DNA of 63,944 nt, counting the filler, from Choristocarpus tenellus KU-1152 (Eukaryota; Protista; Phaeophyceae): NCBI GenBank assembly GCA_964200185.2. It is 9 parts of 9 records of this genome, joined end to end, with 100 filler letters (N's around TTAATTAATTAA, not from the genome) between each part and the next. Parts side by side here need not be neighbours in the genome. Positions count along the whole stretch, not along the records: positions 1 to 3,145 come from CAXNAD020021992.1; positions 3,246 to 12,022 come from CAXNAD020004342.1; 7 more parts are not named here. One strand, written 5' to 3'. A program made the translations under genes and the position numbers. The notes beneath the pieces are model-generated. The model had not been told where the DNA came from. It saw only the letters and a list, made by a program, of their open reading frames with translations, and did not search any database. Below, in pieces: positions 1 to 12,122 of the stretch; the stretch's first letter is position 1, and the number at the start of each line of letters is the position of its first letter.

Positions 1-6
1 GTACAT

Positions 7-970
7 ATGGACGAGAAGTGGCTTTACCTCCTCAAAGATGGGCAAGATGTGTATCTGCACCCCACTGAGAACCCCCCCAAACCCCCACAGGCACAGAATA
101 AGCATTACATTATGGAGGCGATATTCCTTGAGCTGTGGCTCACCCTAGAAAGCTCTCCAATGGTATGGTTCAATGGGAGAATCGGGATCTGGCTAATCAT
201 GGACACTAAGGTCGCTCAGTGCTCTAATGAACATCACCCAAGGGCACCAAAGCGGTTGTGCCAGTCATGGTGGACAGGGGAGAGGTATGAAAAGCTCATG
301 ATCAAGGAGTTCATCCCCGCAATCAAGGCCCCCATACCTAGGCAGGAAGAACACACCATCTTTATCCAGGAGGACAGGTAAAGCCACACACCAAGAGGGA
401 GATCATGGAGGTAATTGAGGAGATGGCGAGGGACAACATTGTCACAGAGATACAGCCAACTGACCAACCGATTCACCTGACCTCAACGTCAACGACCCAG
501 CATTCTTTCTGTCCATCCAGCAACTGAAGGAAGACGTAGGGGTGACCAACACAGAGGAGCTGGTGTAGGCCACTAAGGAGGCGTTTGGTTTGTGCCCTCG
601 GGAGACACTGGAGCGCGTCTGGCAAAGCCTCTTTCAGAATTAAATGTGACATTTCTAGTGTCTAAGGGTGATAGGGTCTTCAAAATTCCTATCTTAGCAA
701 GGATAAGACTGAGAATGTGGGCAAGCTCCCCCTGAATGCCCCGGTGGATGCAGTGAAACACTGTGCTGGAATGGAGTATTGGAGAGCTTCAGGGGCGGAA
801 TTGTCGATAGGTGTAGGCTGCCCCATTTTGTTTGATATTTTGATGGGCAATCTTTCTAGCGTTTGCATTATACACCCATAACGTATGAACATGTGAGAAA
901 AAACGTTCTTTATCGGGACTGCAAAAGAAAAAACAAAAGACACGTTACATCTAATTCGGAGCGGAGGAGG
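7..970 (+). mobile_element. Tc1/mariner (plant-type, DD39D-like) DNA transposon remnant: degraded transposase plus right TIR
   Basis: Motifs DEKWLY, FNGRIGIW, FIPAIK, IFIQED, then after frameshifts QPTDSPDLNVND.AFFLSIQQL and ETLERVWQSLF. Internal stops and frameshifts are present. Right TIR acgttacatctaattcggagcggaggagg (942-970) is followed by TA (971-972) and resembles the TIRs at 19495 and 20497. The 5' end is cut by the window edge. Confidence 0.85.
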
Positions 971-3145
971 TAGGTAGACTGCCATAAATTTGTGTACACA
1001 TCACCTACTACTACTACTACTACATAACACAACACTACTAGCAGGGTTGTGATTCCCTACAATTTGATCAAATCATACTAAATCTAAAACGTAAAATAGA
1101 GGGATATTTCTCAATTGGTTATCTTCTGCGTGAGTACACACTCTGCATGTCCAACATTGATTTTAGTCCAGTACATCAAAGCTAATCTTATCCAACTCAT
1201 ATCTCACTTCACAATCTCTTTCAGCACAAAACAACACTTAAGTAGGCATGGGAGGTACCAATAGTTATTGTGTATAGCACCAGTGGCAGCAGCAACAAAC
1301 AACAAGGAACATCCTCCGGGGCCATTGATGACCCTTTTAAACCTTTTCTCAATGATTTTTTGTGTCATTACTTTTATCAATACTATGACTACCATAATAA
1401 ATAGAGAACACAGACCACATGACATCCTTGAACACAAAAATCATAGTACCAACTCAGGCAGATGGGTACATTCTTCTCTCAAATGTATTCAAAAACGCCA
1501 TGCAAGGGATGGACACAACGACACACAAAACACCATGCCAGATTGAGCCTTGTTTATTTGGGTTCCTTGGTAGGAAGAATTCAAGCAGAACAGAACAGAA
1601 CAACGTTGATTTTGTTCCATCTCAGTAAACAAGTGTACGCAAGACAAATTTCATTTTCAAAAAATTCAACTCTCTGGGACTAAGAAACTCCTGTTTACGG
1701 CTAACGCTTTCTATTATCGTAGAGTACATGAAGGTGTTGTACTTTCTAAACTAGCCACTCAACTCTTTGTCCTGATACACCCTGTACTGCACCAGTCAAA
1801 TAGAGATAACCCTAACACTACTTGAGCAAAGCAAAAGTTGAATTCCTCAACACCAACAAAAACGAACTAATCCAAAATATTTATGTTAAAAATGCAAAAA
1901 TATGAATCTAAACGGATCGATGCTCTCAACCCTCTCGCCATCACAGCATTCATCACAGCATTCATTGCACAGATGATCGCTAGTAGGGGGGTACAGCATT
2001 CACAACAGACCCATTCCTTCCAAAGCACCACAATACCAAAAAAGACTGCGAACACTGTCAGCTGCCTGGGGATATTTTCGAGACTTTATTTCAAGCGCAG
2101 ATGCAACCGCACCAACGCCCTTTTCATGCCCCTAAACCCCTCTCCAAGAGTTTAACACTCCACTCGTAGGTGGGAAAAATGACGGCGTTGACAGGGACTG
2201 CCCTTAGGACAGTCGTGGCACAACCTCGGAACAGGCGGTGGTAGCCATGCAGACCACCCCCCGCAGAATTGTAAAGAGCACGGAAGCATGCAGACATGTT
2301 ACGGGTCTCTGACGAAAGCGGGTATCCAGAGGCCTGGGATGTAGCAGGGAAATATGTGGGGTCAGGGTTTTAATCAGCGGCAAGGTGGGAACTTATGTAT
2401 GAAGCCATCGAGGGTAACAGCGTGTGGGCTATATATATATATATATATATATATTCACATCATTTTAATATTTTGCCTCGAATGATTTTCAATAACCCAT
2501 TATGGACTTGTTCACTAGGGTCACAATTCAACCAAAATACGTATCACCTCTTTCCTCACCTCCTCATCCCACTCTCCCACATCCACCCTCACTCCTGATC
2601 AGGGTATGAAACAGGGCCATTATAGAACTCTTCACCTGCCAACTAATTCAGGAAATTCTCGATTATCACCAACTAGAAAATAGGGGTCTGTGGACGGCGT
2701 GATGCTTATCTTGACGGATCAAGGTATAACAGATACATCAACAGTTGCATACCCCCACTCCCAACACCCATTTGACAACACCCCATCACCCACTCAAGGT
2801 CACAACATCAGAACAGAAGGAATAAGAAAACGTGATCAACTCAGCTACGCTCAAGATAATCACCTGCCAAACTCTCACAGTGCACAAAAAGAAGAATGCG
2901 CTGCTATAATAGTAGCACAGTATTTCTATTGTGGAGCAATGGTCCAAAAAAAGGTATGTCCTATATGCTCGGACCAAAAGTCACACAGCTCGTGCGTTGA
3001 GTTGGTTTCGACGACGTCTTTTATGACATCTCTTCCTTGGCTCGCACATTTTTATGTTTTAGTTTAAAGTAGCATATGAGATATGAGGATTCAAATGAAT
3101 AGATCCATATTTAGAGGGCTGGGGGGGGGGGCATCAAGGCCTAAG

Positions 3146-3245
3146 NNNNNNNNNNNNNNNNNNNNNNNNNNNNNNNNNNNNNNNNNNNNTTAATTAATTA
3201 ANNNNNNNNNNNNNNNNNNNNNNNNNNNNNNNNNNNNNNNNNNNN
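3146..3245. other. Artificial contig linker N44-TTAATTAATTAA-N44
   Basis: Identical 100-nt spacer with stops in all six frames, repeated eight times in the window. Confidence 0.98.
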
Positions 3246-5021
3246 GCTCGATAAATTCTTACAGCAGGGAGACGAGGGAAGCGCGGGAGATAAGGCTTGC
3301 GGTGGGTTTATGGGAGGGGGTAGCGCATGGGGGGCCGTGAGGAAAGGAGCAGCTTCTTCGATGTTCTCGATTCCTCCACCGTTGTGCTCTGGAGTAGCTG
3401 ACGAGTTTGAAAGCTTAGAAACAACTGCCGAAGAGTACAGCATGAACGATATTTCGTAGCATCTCCGGATTGCAAAGCTGGTTTGGGTCAGCGCAATCGA
3501 GGCAACGGCAATCAAACGAGCGGACATTCGAGATTTTTCATCAGCGAGTGAGTTGTTTTACTTAGTGCTTGCGATGGGAGGTGCGTGGTGTTTTTGATAC
3601 TGTAATGTATAATATCCTTGTACAGTGTAATTGAATAAGTAGGGCAGGGTATTGGAGGGAGATTGGCTTTGAACTGTGAGTCGTTTGTCCAGCCACCCAA
3701 TGGCTTGCGGATGCTTTTTTTGAGAAGGTGTATTATGCGTAAGAAGAGTGAATACATCGTTATGATGAGTGTAATTTTACCCAAGTTACAGTACGGTATA
3801 CATATGACACTGGTACACTGTGGAGAGATGATGTAGATTTTGTGCTTGCTGCACCACCACAGCTCCATCGAAATGGGCTCACCGAGGGCAATCTTCAGTA
3901 CACATCTACATGAAACTACTGTTGAAGGAACACGGGAAGCAAATACAACAAGGGCGTCGCTCTGTCGTCATCTGGGGACAAGCATGAAGTACCTACAAGC
4001 ACTCTTGCTCAGTATTAAATAGGTTTCTCTTATCACGATTCTTCGGTTTAAGAGAAAATGCTCTTATATATACAATAAGGGAGGATTGGCATATAAGAGA
4101 GGGTTTTATGTTCCCCCTACCCTCCCTTATATATGTACACCGATTGTATTGATCTTTCACTACTAGAAGGATTTTCTAGCAGTTTATCATAAAGTCATCA
4201 TGTCCTAATCCACTTCAAACTTTGTTAAACCCAGTTGTATCAACTGAATACTAGACTCCTGTCATCTAGCCAAAATAGAAGTAGTGCGTGTACACCTTCA
4301 TGCCTTGTTTTAGGCTGCCACTTTATGGCATCAAAGTAATGGAGCACTGCTCCCAAGAGTTTCAGTGCCTGCAGGTTTGAATATCAAGGGTAAGTAAGGA
4401 AAAGGAGGGGGGAAATCCCCACCCAACAAGGTGGTCTATTTGTACCTCTCTAGATGGGCAACAATTTCAGAAGACTGAGGTACCTTGTTCAAACTGGCCG
4501 CATAAGCAAGCAGGCATTGACAAAGTGACTCTGAAACTTGAAGTCCACACAGTTGCACCATAACGGAGACAGTGGACTCCGTCGTCAGAAGCAAGAGAAA
4601 AATTTTAACACATACCATTGTGGTTTCAGCTTAGTCTCATATTGATCTTAACATATTGAACCCTTACACCTACATACCCTTCTAAACCTACAACTATCCA
4701 TTTTAGATTATGGTGCAAACCTGTACGATGAACACAGAACCTTGACAATATAACCTTAACAAAGTACTATTATTATTGTCTGTGCCCACACTAAAATCGC
4801 AAGAAGAACACAACAAGTACTGAAAAAAAATCATATATACTGCGTGTCATCCCATGATTCGCGCTTAATTTTCCACACCAGGAAACAAGACATGCGCACA
4901 CCCACACGCATACTCCTCCATCTTTCTCCCCTACTGAACTACTGTACAAAAACAAATTACTCTAGTAGTCCACCTTTTTGGCTAGTGCCTGAATTTCCTC
5001 ACAAATATTACTGAGAGTGCA

Positions 5022-5127
5022 CAGTGTGGTCACCCAAGGATGCCAACACCATCCACCCTCTTGGCTTGAACATGAACCTCCATACAAAATATCAGGCATG
5101 TGTGTTGTGGTCACCCAAGGATGCCAA
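5022..5127 (+). repeat. Short direct repeat, two copies of tgtggtcacccaaggatgccaa (a third degenerate copy near 5303)
   Basis: Sequence identity seen at about 5024-5046 and 5106-5127. Confidence 0.7.
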
Positions 5128-5783
5128 GCAACAGGTTGCCCCTATCTAGCTGTGTAAGATAACACAGCAGTAACTATCAATACACTTTTTTGTTCCTCAG
5201 CAGCAATCAGGAGTAAGCAACTGATTTACTCAAGGGAGGAAGCACATAAAAGAAAGAACTAGTCACACCATCAGAATCCTTCTAATCACCTCAAGTGAAT
5301 GCAGTGGTCATTCCGAGAAGCCAAAACCTGCCCCTCACCTTGCCGTGGAACACCAAGCAGTATCAACTACAATAGGATTACACATTTTCATTCTTTTGCT
5401 CCTATAGTAAAATGAAGAGTATTTTCACCATACTCAAGCATGATCCCTCGAAACATATCGTCAACTTGAGGGTGTACGGGGAGTGAGGATCAAACCAAGT
5501 CGCTGGCAAGAATTACAACATACACAGAGTACACAAAAGATCCTCTGCTTCATGTAAGGGATACAAGCACATGCACTGAGAAGTCAGGGCACTTTGGAGA
5601 GGAATGTATCTAGGGAGAGTCACATTGCACAAGCACTATGCAAGTAAAACCCTCAATTGCCCCCTTATCCCCCACAGAAAATAAATCAACCCTTTCCCCC
5701 CCTTCCCTGATTTTATTTCTTGCTTAATGTGACTTGCAAACCATGCATTGATCATGGCAGAAAAAGAAAAATGACCGAAATCT

Positions 5784-8700
5784 TCAACGGCGTTTAGGCA
5801 AGTACTTCGATGAACTTTTATGTAGGTTATCCCGAGAGCTACTCTTTTTGAGGCCTCCCATAGTGAGGAAGCTATCCTGTGAGACAACCCTCCCAAAGCC
5901 GGTCTTTCCCTTGCTCTTGGAGGGAGAAATGAGCCTGCTGAAGCTTGATCTCCCCTTAGGGGACTTGCCCGAAGTGTAGTGGTTGGACTCATACTGGTTG
6001 GACCCGTACTGATTGGATCCGTACTGATTAGAGCTGTACTGGTTAGAGCTGTGCCTATTGGTAGAATCCCTAGTGTTGCTTGAATACCTTCTCACAGGAG
6101 AGCTCGATCGGGCCCTCCCTCTTGTCTCCGTGCCATCTAAACCCCACGATTCTGAGTCGATGTACATAGAACTGTGCCGACGACGTGCACGCATCGGCTT
6201 GTCATTTTTCCAATCTCCACGGTGTATAGTTGTTCCATTTCGCCTCCACATGGTTCCCTATGAAAAGGGGCCAGCACAAATACACCGTACAGGAGAAGTA
6301 GGGCAACAAGGAAGGCACAAACAAAGCACATGGTACAGGGGTATGGGTTCCACACTTGAGACTGACAATCTTTCAACAGGACAATAAATCATTTGAGGGC
6401 ACTGAGAAGATTCCGTCATCCAACGAGAAGGTTGAGAATCATTCTCCACTAGTCGTTGACTACAAGGCAGTGTTCCCGGTACTAAATTTTTAACTTGAGC
6501 AACACAGGGATGAAGTAGTGAGGGATGTGGTTCTCTTTCCATTGAAGTCCCATCATAAAGGCATGGGAACAGGGAGGAGGGAACACCAAAGAGCATTCCT
6601 ACCTCCCCGTCGCCACGAAAAAGGGAGCTTTCGACACCACTCCTCACCTTACATGGTATAGTAAGCCTGTCGAGAGGGACCTAAAGACAGCCAAAAAAGT
6701 GCAGGGAGAAGGTCATCCAACGTTTGGGTACCATCCACTACATCTCCAACCACTTCTCACTAAAGTGGGACAGATGCAGGCGTTCCTTCCCGAGCGGGTA
6801 CTATGTTTTCCTGATAAACCTGTACCTGAAGAGATCAGATGGGGGTGCAGCAGGGAAGGGGGGGGAAGGACAAACCTGGCCATGCTTCTTGTCCTTTCTG
6901 AAATCGCCTTCGTACTCAGTCTTCTTGCAACCCATCAAATTTCCCTGCCATTGAGTAGAGGTCACATGGAACAAGGGAACAAATGGGGTACTGAAGCAAA
7001 AAAATAAGCCTTTCACCTGATACCATTGATTTCTCCAAAATAAGGTCGATTTGATGAAAACTATCAAATTGTCATAAAAAAGAAAAGTTTAGATTTTCAT
7101 ATGAGGCAGACTCTCACCCGTCCTTCCCGTCGGTCATCCACCCACTCGCCCTCATAAACCCGTCCGTCAATATACATCATCTTTCCCTGGTGGAGAAGAA
7201 ATAGCAGATTGAGCAAATGACCACCAATTAATCATTAGTCACTATATTAGTTCACTGTCACAGCAGGTTTGTACAATAGACGAGCTGAGTGGTTGGGAGA
7301 AGGCAGTACTTGACTAAAAAAAAGATTGACTCAGGGTGTTAAAAAAAATGGATATGATAGGAGTTGTAAAACGCAAGAAGAGGTGGGTTAGTACTGTTTG
7401 CTCACACCAGAATCGAACCAGTCTCCTAGACCCAAAGTAGAAGGCAAGAGATTTCAAGGGTTCATGAACTATTCAATTGTTTCAGATTTCGTAAGCGGAA
7501 CTCATGTTCACAAAAGGTTAGACCTGAAATGCTGTTTCAAAATACTAATAAATCACAGAAAATAGAAACAGACGTGGATACATTTCATTATTGTTACACT
7601 TTCCCTAACTACATTATGATGCTACGGAAAGTACAGACCAATTTCACGCGTTAAATTGTCGAGCTTAATAAATTATCATATTACAGTTCAGAACTCAGAA
7701 AGAAGCAGAATGTAGATTGGATAGACATTATAAATAAGTTGGAGGACACGATCATTATATTTACGTTTGACAGAGACAGACATCTCAGAAGATGTAACCT
7801 CCAGTCTACATTAAGTGTTTACCTATGTACTAGCTTAACTCTTTTTGTGCTACCCATACCATAGGGAAAATGTGACAGATGTCTTATCCGTAACACTATG
7901 GCAACGAAACTTGTGATCTCATTTGACTATTGCAAAAAACAAAATGTGGAGTATCCATGCCACACGGGTACATCCAACTGACACTCAACATCTTCAAAAT
8001 TATGTATTGTCAACAAAACAGAAATGAGTACAAAAGGCGTGTCCTGCACATATTATGGTGACTGGATTTAGCAGTCTAAGGTGAAAAAGCAATCAAGTCA
8101 AACAGTCCGTTGAACGAGAAAATTGCAACGGAAGTACAGAGTTCTCTTTAGGCCTCATTCCCAACCTACCTCACCCTCCCTCCTGTCATAGCGATAGTGT
8201 CCAATGTAAATCGATCCATCAGCCAATCTCATCTTGCCCTGAACATACACAAAACAGGCAGTTGGGCAGCAACAAGAACCAGAAGGATAAGTGAGATTCA
8301 GAGTAGGGTTGAAGGCAGGGTGAGGACCCCAAAAGGAAAGGGGATCGATGCAGTGCACAACAAGATACACTTGACTGGAAGCGGGCATAGTACAACATGA
8401 ACATAAATGTGAACGCATATCTTCAATAAGGGTGGTGACCATAGATACAACTTGCATTGCATTGTTTGACAATATTGCCATTTTCAGAACAGCTAGAACA
8501 AAGGAGAACGTGAATCACCAGTGCAATCTGGTACAACTTGAAAACTATTTACCAATAAACAATAAAACTATCAAAGTACTGGGTCATACTCCTGAGACTG
8601 TCCCACGCAACTCACACCTGAAGAGGGTCGCAATGTCCCATGATGAGCAAAGTGTGTGTCTACAACACAGGATACATGAAAATAATAGCATTTGTGCCAA

Positions 8701-10200
8701 AAAATCCTACCTTTCCATGCCTACTGGTATCCTTAAATTGCCCAGCATACCGTCCACCATCACTGTACTTCATGATGCCCTGGGTAACATATCAACAGCA
8801 CAAAAAGAGAGAAGCGAGGCATATCTTTCAGCGAAAAAGAACCCGTACATGCCCACATATATCAGCGCAAAGAGCAAGATCTACTCACTGTCTACAAAAG
8901 TCGTGAAAAGATCTTCGAACAACTTCTACATGAAAACAAGGCACAGTAACAAGGGCGTGTAGTCGACGCCAAAATGTGTTTGAGTGTCTATGATGACGTT
9001 ATAGAGAGAGGAAGTAAGCGGTAGAGCCGAAAATATAACCACCCATTCCTTTTGTACGCAATTTAGAATACAGAGAAGTAACTCACCTTTCCAGTCATTT
9101 TATCATTCTTAAACTCCCCCTCATAAACAGACCCATTCTTGAATTTGAGCTTTCCCTGAATTGGCATGTAACAGGGGCAGAAAAGTATCATTTTGGGGAG
9201 GTCAATCAATGAGTTCAAAAGGGACAGGGGAAAGTCATGCCCTTTTGTCTTCGGTCGAGATAGTTGTCATTGACACAGTCGATCTTAATTGAATTGGGTA
9301 TTTGTTCCAATTATGCACACCCTCTCAATGTGCAGATTGTTGAGCGCCTAGGATGTGAGATTATTGCCCACAAACACCTAGCAATATCGGGGCACGCAAT
9401 CCTTGAAGAAAGAAGCATCACTCCCGGATGCGATATATGCGAACGGTACAAGTATCAAACATTTTCACCAGAAAAATGCGCAATACCAAAAGACAATGGT
9501 CCGACAGAAGCTTTTCCAGTCAAACGGACCTTTCCATGCCTGTCACCAAGGTACCATTCTCCGTCGTAGGTACTGCCATCCTCGTTGTAAACCTTCTTGC
9601 CCTGTTGGGTGGGAATGAATGTGTGGTCAGCTAAATAACACACATATGGGAGTCTTCGCTAGATTGCACTGCTTTTCGGAGGAAGGTATGTATTGATGCA
9701 TCGGTAATATAGCGTGCAAGATGTACACTCTACTCCGGTACCCCAAACAGCACAAGTTTGCTTCATCTCCACACATTCCTTTTCAGAACCCAAATTATCC
9801 ACAATCATGGCGTACTTTTCGTCACCGCACGTTCGTATCTGGCATGCATGCATAAGATGTATACCTGGCCATGTGGCTTTCCGTTTTGGACGCGGCCAGA
9901 GTACTTGTCGCCGTTCGCCAACAGCTTCCACGGCTGGAGAAATAGGAACATAGGAAGGGATTAGGCCTACAGTTTGCTCGTCACTGGATAATGCAAACGA
10001 TGAGAGCAAGGTACATCATCGGCTACAAGCAGGGGGTGAAAAGGATATTGGTAAAGTGGGTTCGGATATGGAGTTGGGGGCATATTTAAGGCATATATAT
10101 ACGCGACGAATAGAACTCCACAACATCCACAAGAGTGACGGAAATGGGTGATTTTCATGCCGTTCAATATGTAAGCTGTGTGGGGCTAGGCTTTTACCAT
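5784..10200 (-). CDS. MORN-repeat protein (8 repeats plus Ser/Arg-rich tail, about 320 aa), 9 coding exons
   Basis: Minus-strand exons: 10198-10200 (ATG only, least certain), 9865-9933 PWKLLANGDKYSGRVQNGKPHGQ, 9530-9601 GKKVYNEDGSTYDGEWYLGDRHGK, 9087-9155 GKLKFKNGSVYEGEFKNDKMTGK, 8711-8779 GIMKYSDGGRYAGQFKDTSRHGK, 8170-8238 GKMRLADGSIYIGHYRYDRREGE, 7118-7186 GKMMYIDGRVYEGEWVDDRREGR, 6876-6944 GNLMGCKKTEYEGDFRKDKKHGQ, 5784-6257 GTMWRRNGTTIHRGDWKNDKP...stop. All introns are GT-AG and phase 0. Repeats fit the MORN consensus YxGxWxxxxxHGxG. Confidence 0.9.
5976..6056 (-). repeat. 15-bp coding tandem repeat encoding (S/G/E)SNQY-type pentapeptides in the last MORN exon
   Basis: HSSNQYSSNQYGSNQYGSNQYESNHY in ORF 5784..6251; plus-strand units such as tactggttggacccg and tactgattggatccg. 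Confidence 0.85.
7398..7450 (-). repeat. tRNA-derived (SINE-like) fragment in a MORN gene intron
   Basis: Minus strand ctttgggtctaggagactGGTTCGATTCtggtgtgagc: a Pol III B-box preceded by a tRNA-Pro-like TTTGGGT loop. No complete cloverleaf was found. Confidence 0.35.
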
Positions 10201-11966
10201 GGCTGTTCTTCCGCAACAAGCGACGCCAGGGGCAGGAGAGAAGAGTGGCTGAGATGTACAATTATTGTGTTCGACCTGACTAGGAACAGAGGTTGGGGAA
10301 GACCAGCGAATGTGTTGAAACTATAGATATATGATGCAACATGTCACGATTTGCGTTAGAGACCCCTTCCACACAATAATGGATGGTATTTATTTACCTT
10401 CAAGTCGAAAGTACGGATTTAATCAAATGAGTCAAACGGAAACCAATGACTAGACAGTAAATAGCAAGCGACTACTCTTCAGAACCATTCTATTTGATTA
10501 TTGGATCCACAGTAGAACGCAAACTTTCGCTGAAAGAGATTTTGTTACCGAAATTTCACCCTTTTTTCAGATAGTGGTGCCACTTCATGTTAGATCTTGT
10601 ATCAATCGGTATTTACTTATTGCCTCTACCGTTCGCTTCCTACCTACAGATCTTTTTGTCCAATCCCGCAAATGATTAAGGTTAGAGTATCGTTTCTTTT
10701 GGAACGAGTTCTTAGATCTGTAAGAATCTACAAGATACAATTACAAGGTGGAAAAACACAGGTGTATATATTTTTGATACTATCAATCTATTAGGGGATC
10801 TTGATAGATAAGAAGTAGTGGATTTTTTATACCTATCAGCAACCAGTGTTCCATCTTTACTCTAGAAGTTCTTGCATTTAAATTGCGTATACACACACGT
10901 ACGTTTGCCGTATGAAGTTGCTGTGAGGTACAGAAAAATCTCAACCACAATATGATACTCTTGTGCTTCTATACATCACCTGACGTAATAAGACCCCTAT
11001 TGTTTGTTCTTTTTCATCAATATTATTTCGATGAATATTTCTATTTATACCTAGATTATTTTATGTTCTCTCTTACTTGCGGGGTGTAGTCTGTACCTTG
11101 ATTGTAGATTAGAACCAACAGAACCCAACATTTAAATTTTGAATTGTTAGTGTGAGTTGTCAGTTATGTCCTCAAGAAAGATGGGTAATAGAGAAAACTA
11201 TTCACTTAGAACGAGGGGGAAGGAAGGTGGTTTTTCACCGACTCTCAAGGCCCCATGATCACGAGAGGTTGCCCACACGTCTTGAAGAAGCTTACCCAAC
11301 CTAAACATTTATGGGGACACTCATGATGAAACTTCAGAGTAGCCCTAAGGTACCAGAAAGTATTCAACCCAAACTATCTTCTCGGTAGTTCAGGGTTCAC
11401 TAAAGTTGCAGCAACTTATTTGTTCTACTCTTCTGGAATATACCTATATCTGGTTGCTGAGTTCCGCAGCAGGAAGAGGGGTATACTGGATGGGGTGATA
11501 TAAGGACGTCGAGTGTTCGGAGTTGAAGGCCGGGTTTGACCTGAATTCGTGACCCCAGATTCCAGTGTCCACCCTCCATATACTAACCCTTCAGAAATAC
11601 AGAGTTGAAGTCCTCCACGAAAAAGCTCCAATCATCATACGCATATAGAGCTTTAGCACACACATTCTTGACTAGAATCTCCCCACATCTCTTACAGAAA
11701 TACGACCCGGCCTTCAATTCTGGGTAGTGACACCCACCAATCTCGCACCAAGACCTCATTGCTTGTTGCCTTATTGCCTCACCACTCAATATTTATCCCT
11801 TGATATATTTCAACAACCGTGGTCACGGTACTGGGTACTGAGTGCTGTCACCAACTGAATTCAAGACACTTCCAACCAACACACATCACTCCTGAGTGCT
11901 GCGCCAACTTCTGACGAGAAACGGAGAAAAGAAAAACAGCAGTAGGCGTTGTTCTGCATTCCAACA

Positions 11967-12022
11967 GGGTCAAAGTATCTGGGGGGGGGGGGTTGTGAGG
12001 GGGCGTCCGTTTCAGTCAAACA
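11967..12022 (+). mobile_element. MITE family B terminus, truncated at contig end
   Basis: gggtcaaagtatct + polyG + ggggcgtccgtttc matches the termini at 19241, 48216 and 62781. Confidence 0.8.
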
Positions 12023-12122
12023 NNNNNNNNNNNNNNNNNNNNNNNNNNNNNNNNNNNNNNNNNNNNTTAATTAATTAANNNNNNNNNNNNNNNNNNNNNN
12101 NNNNNNNNNNNNNNNNNNNNNN
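12023..12122. other. Artificial contig linker
   Basis: N44-TTAATTAATTAA-N44. Confidence 0.98.

Noticed and set aside
3846-4020. Possible pogo/DDE transposase fragment (SKWAHRGQ...RSVVIWG)
   Set aside because: It is too short and has no intact catalytic residues.
6603-6665. Possible extra exon of the MORN gene (AG...GT bounded)
   Set aside because: The phase-0 reading has a stop and it is not MORN-like. The flanking exons already splice in frame.
8432-8962. 176-aa plus-strand ORF
   Set aside because: It is antisense to MORN gene introns and an exon and has no protein-like features.
11523-11717. 13-bp perfect inverted repeat (ttgaaggccgggt) and small Cys-containing ORF 11583..11789
   Set aside because: There is no TSD and no second copy, and a match of this length is plausible by chance. 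The ORF has no recognisable family or splice support.
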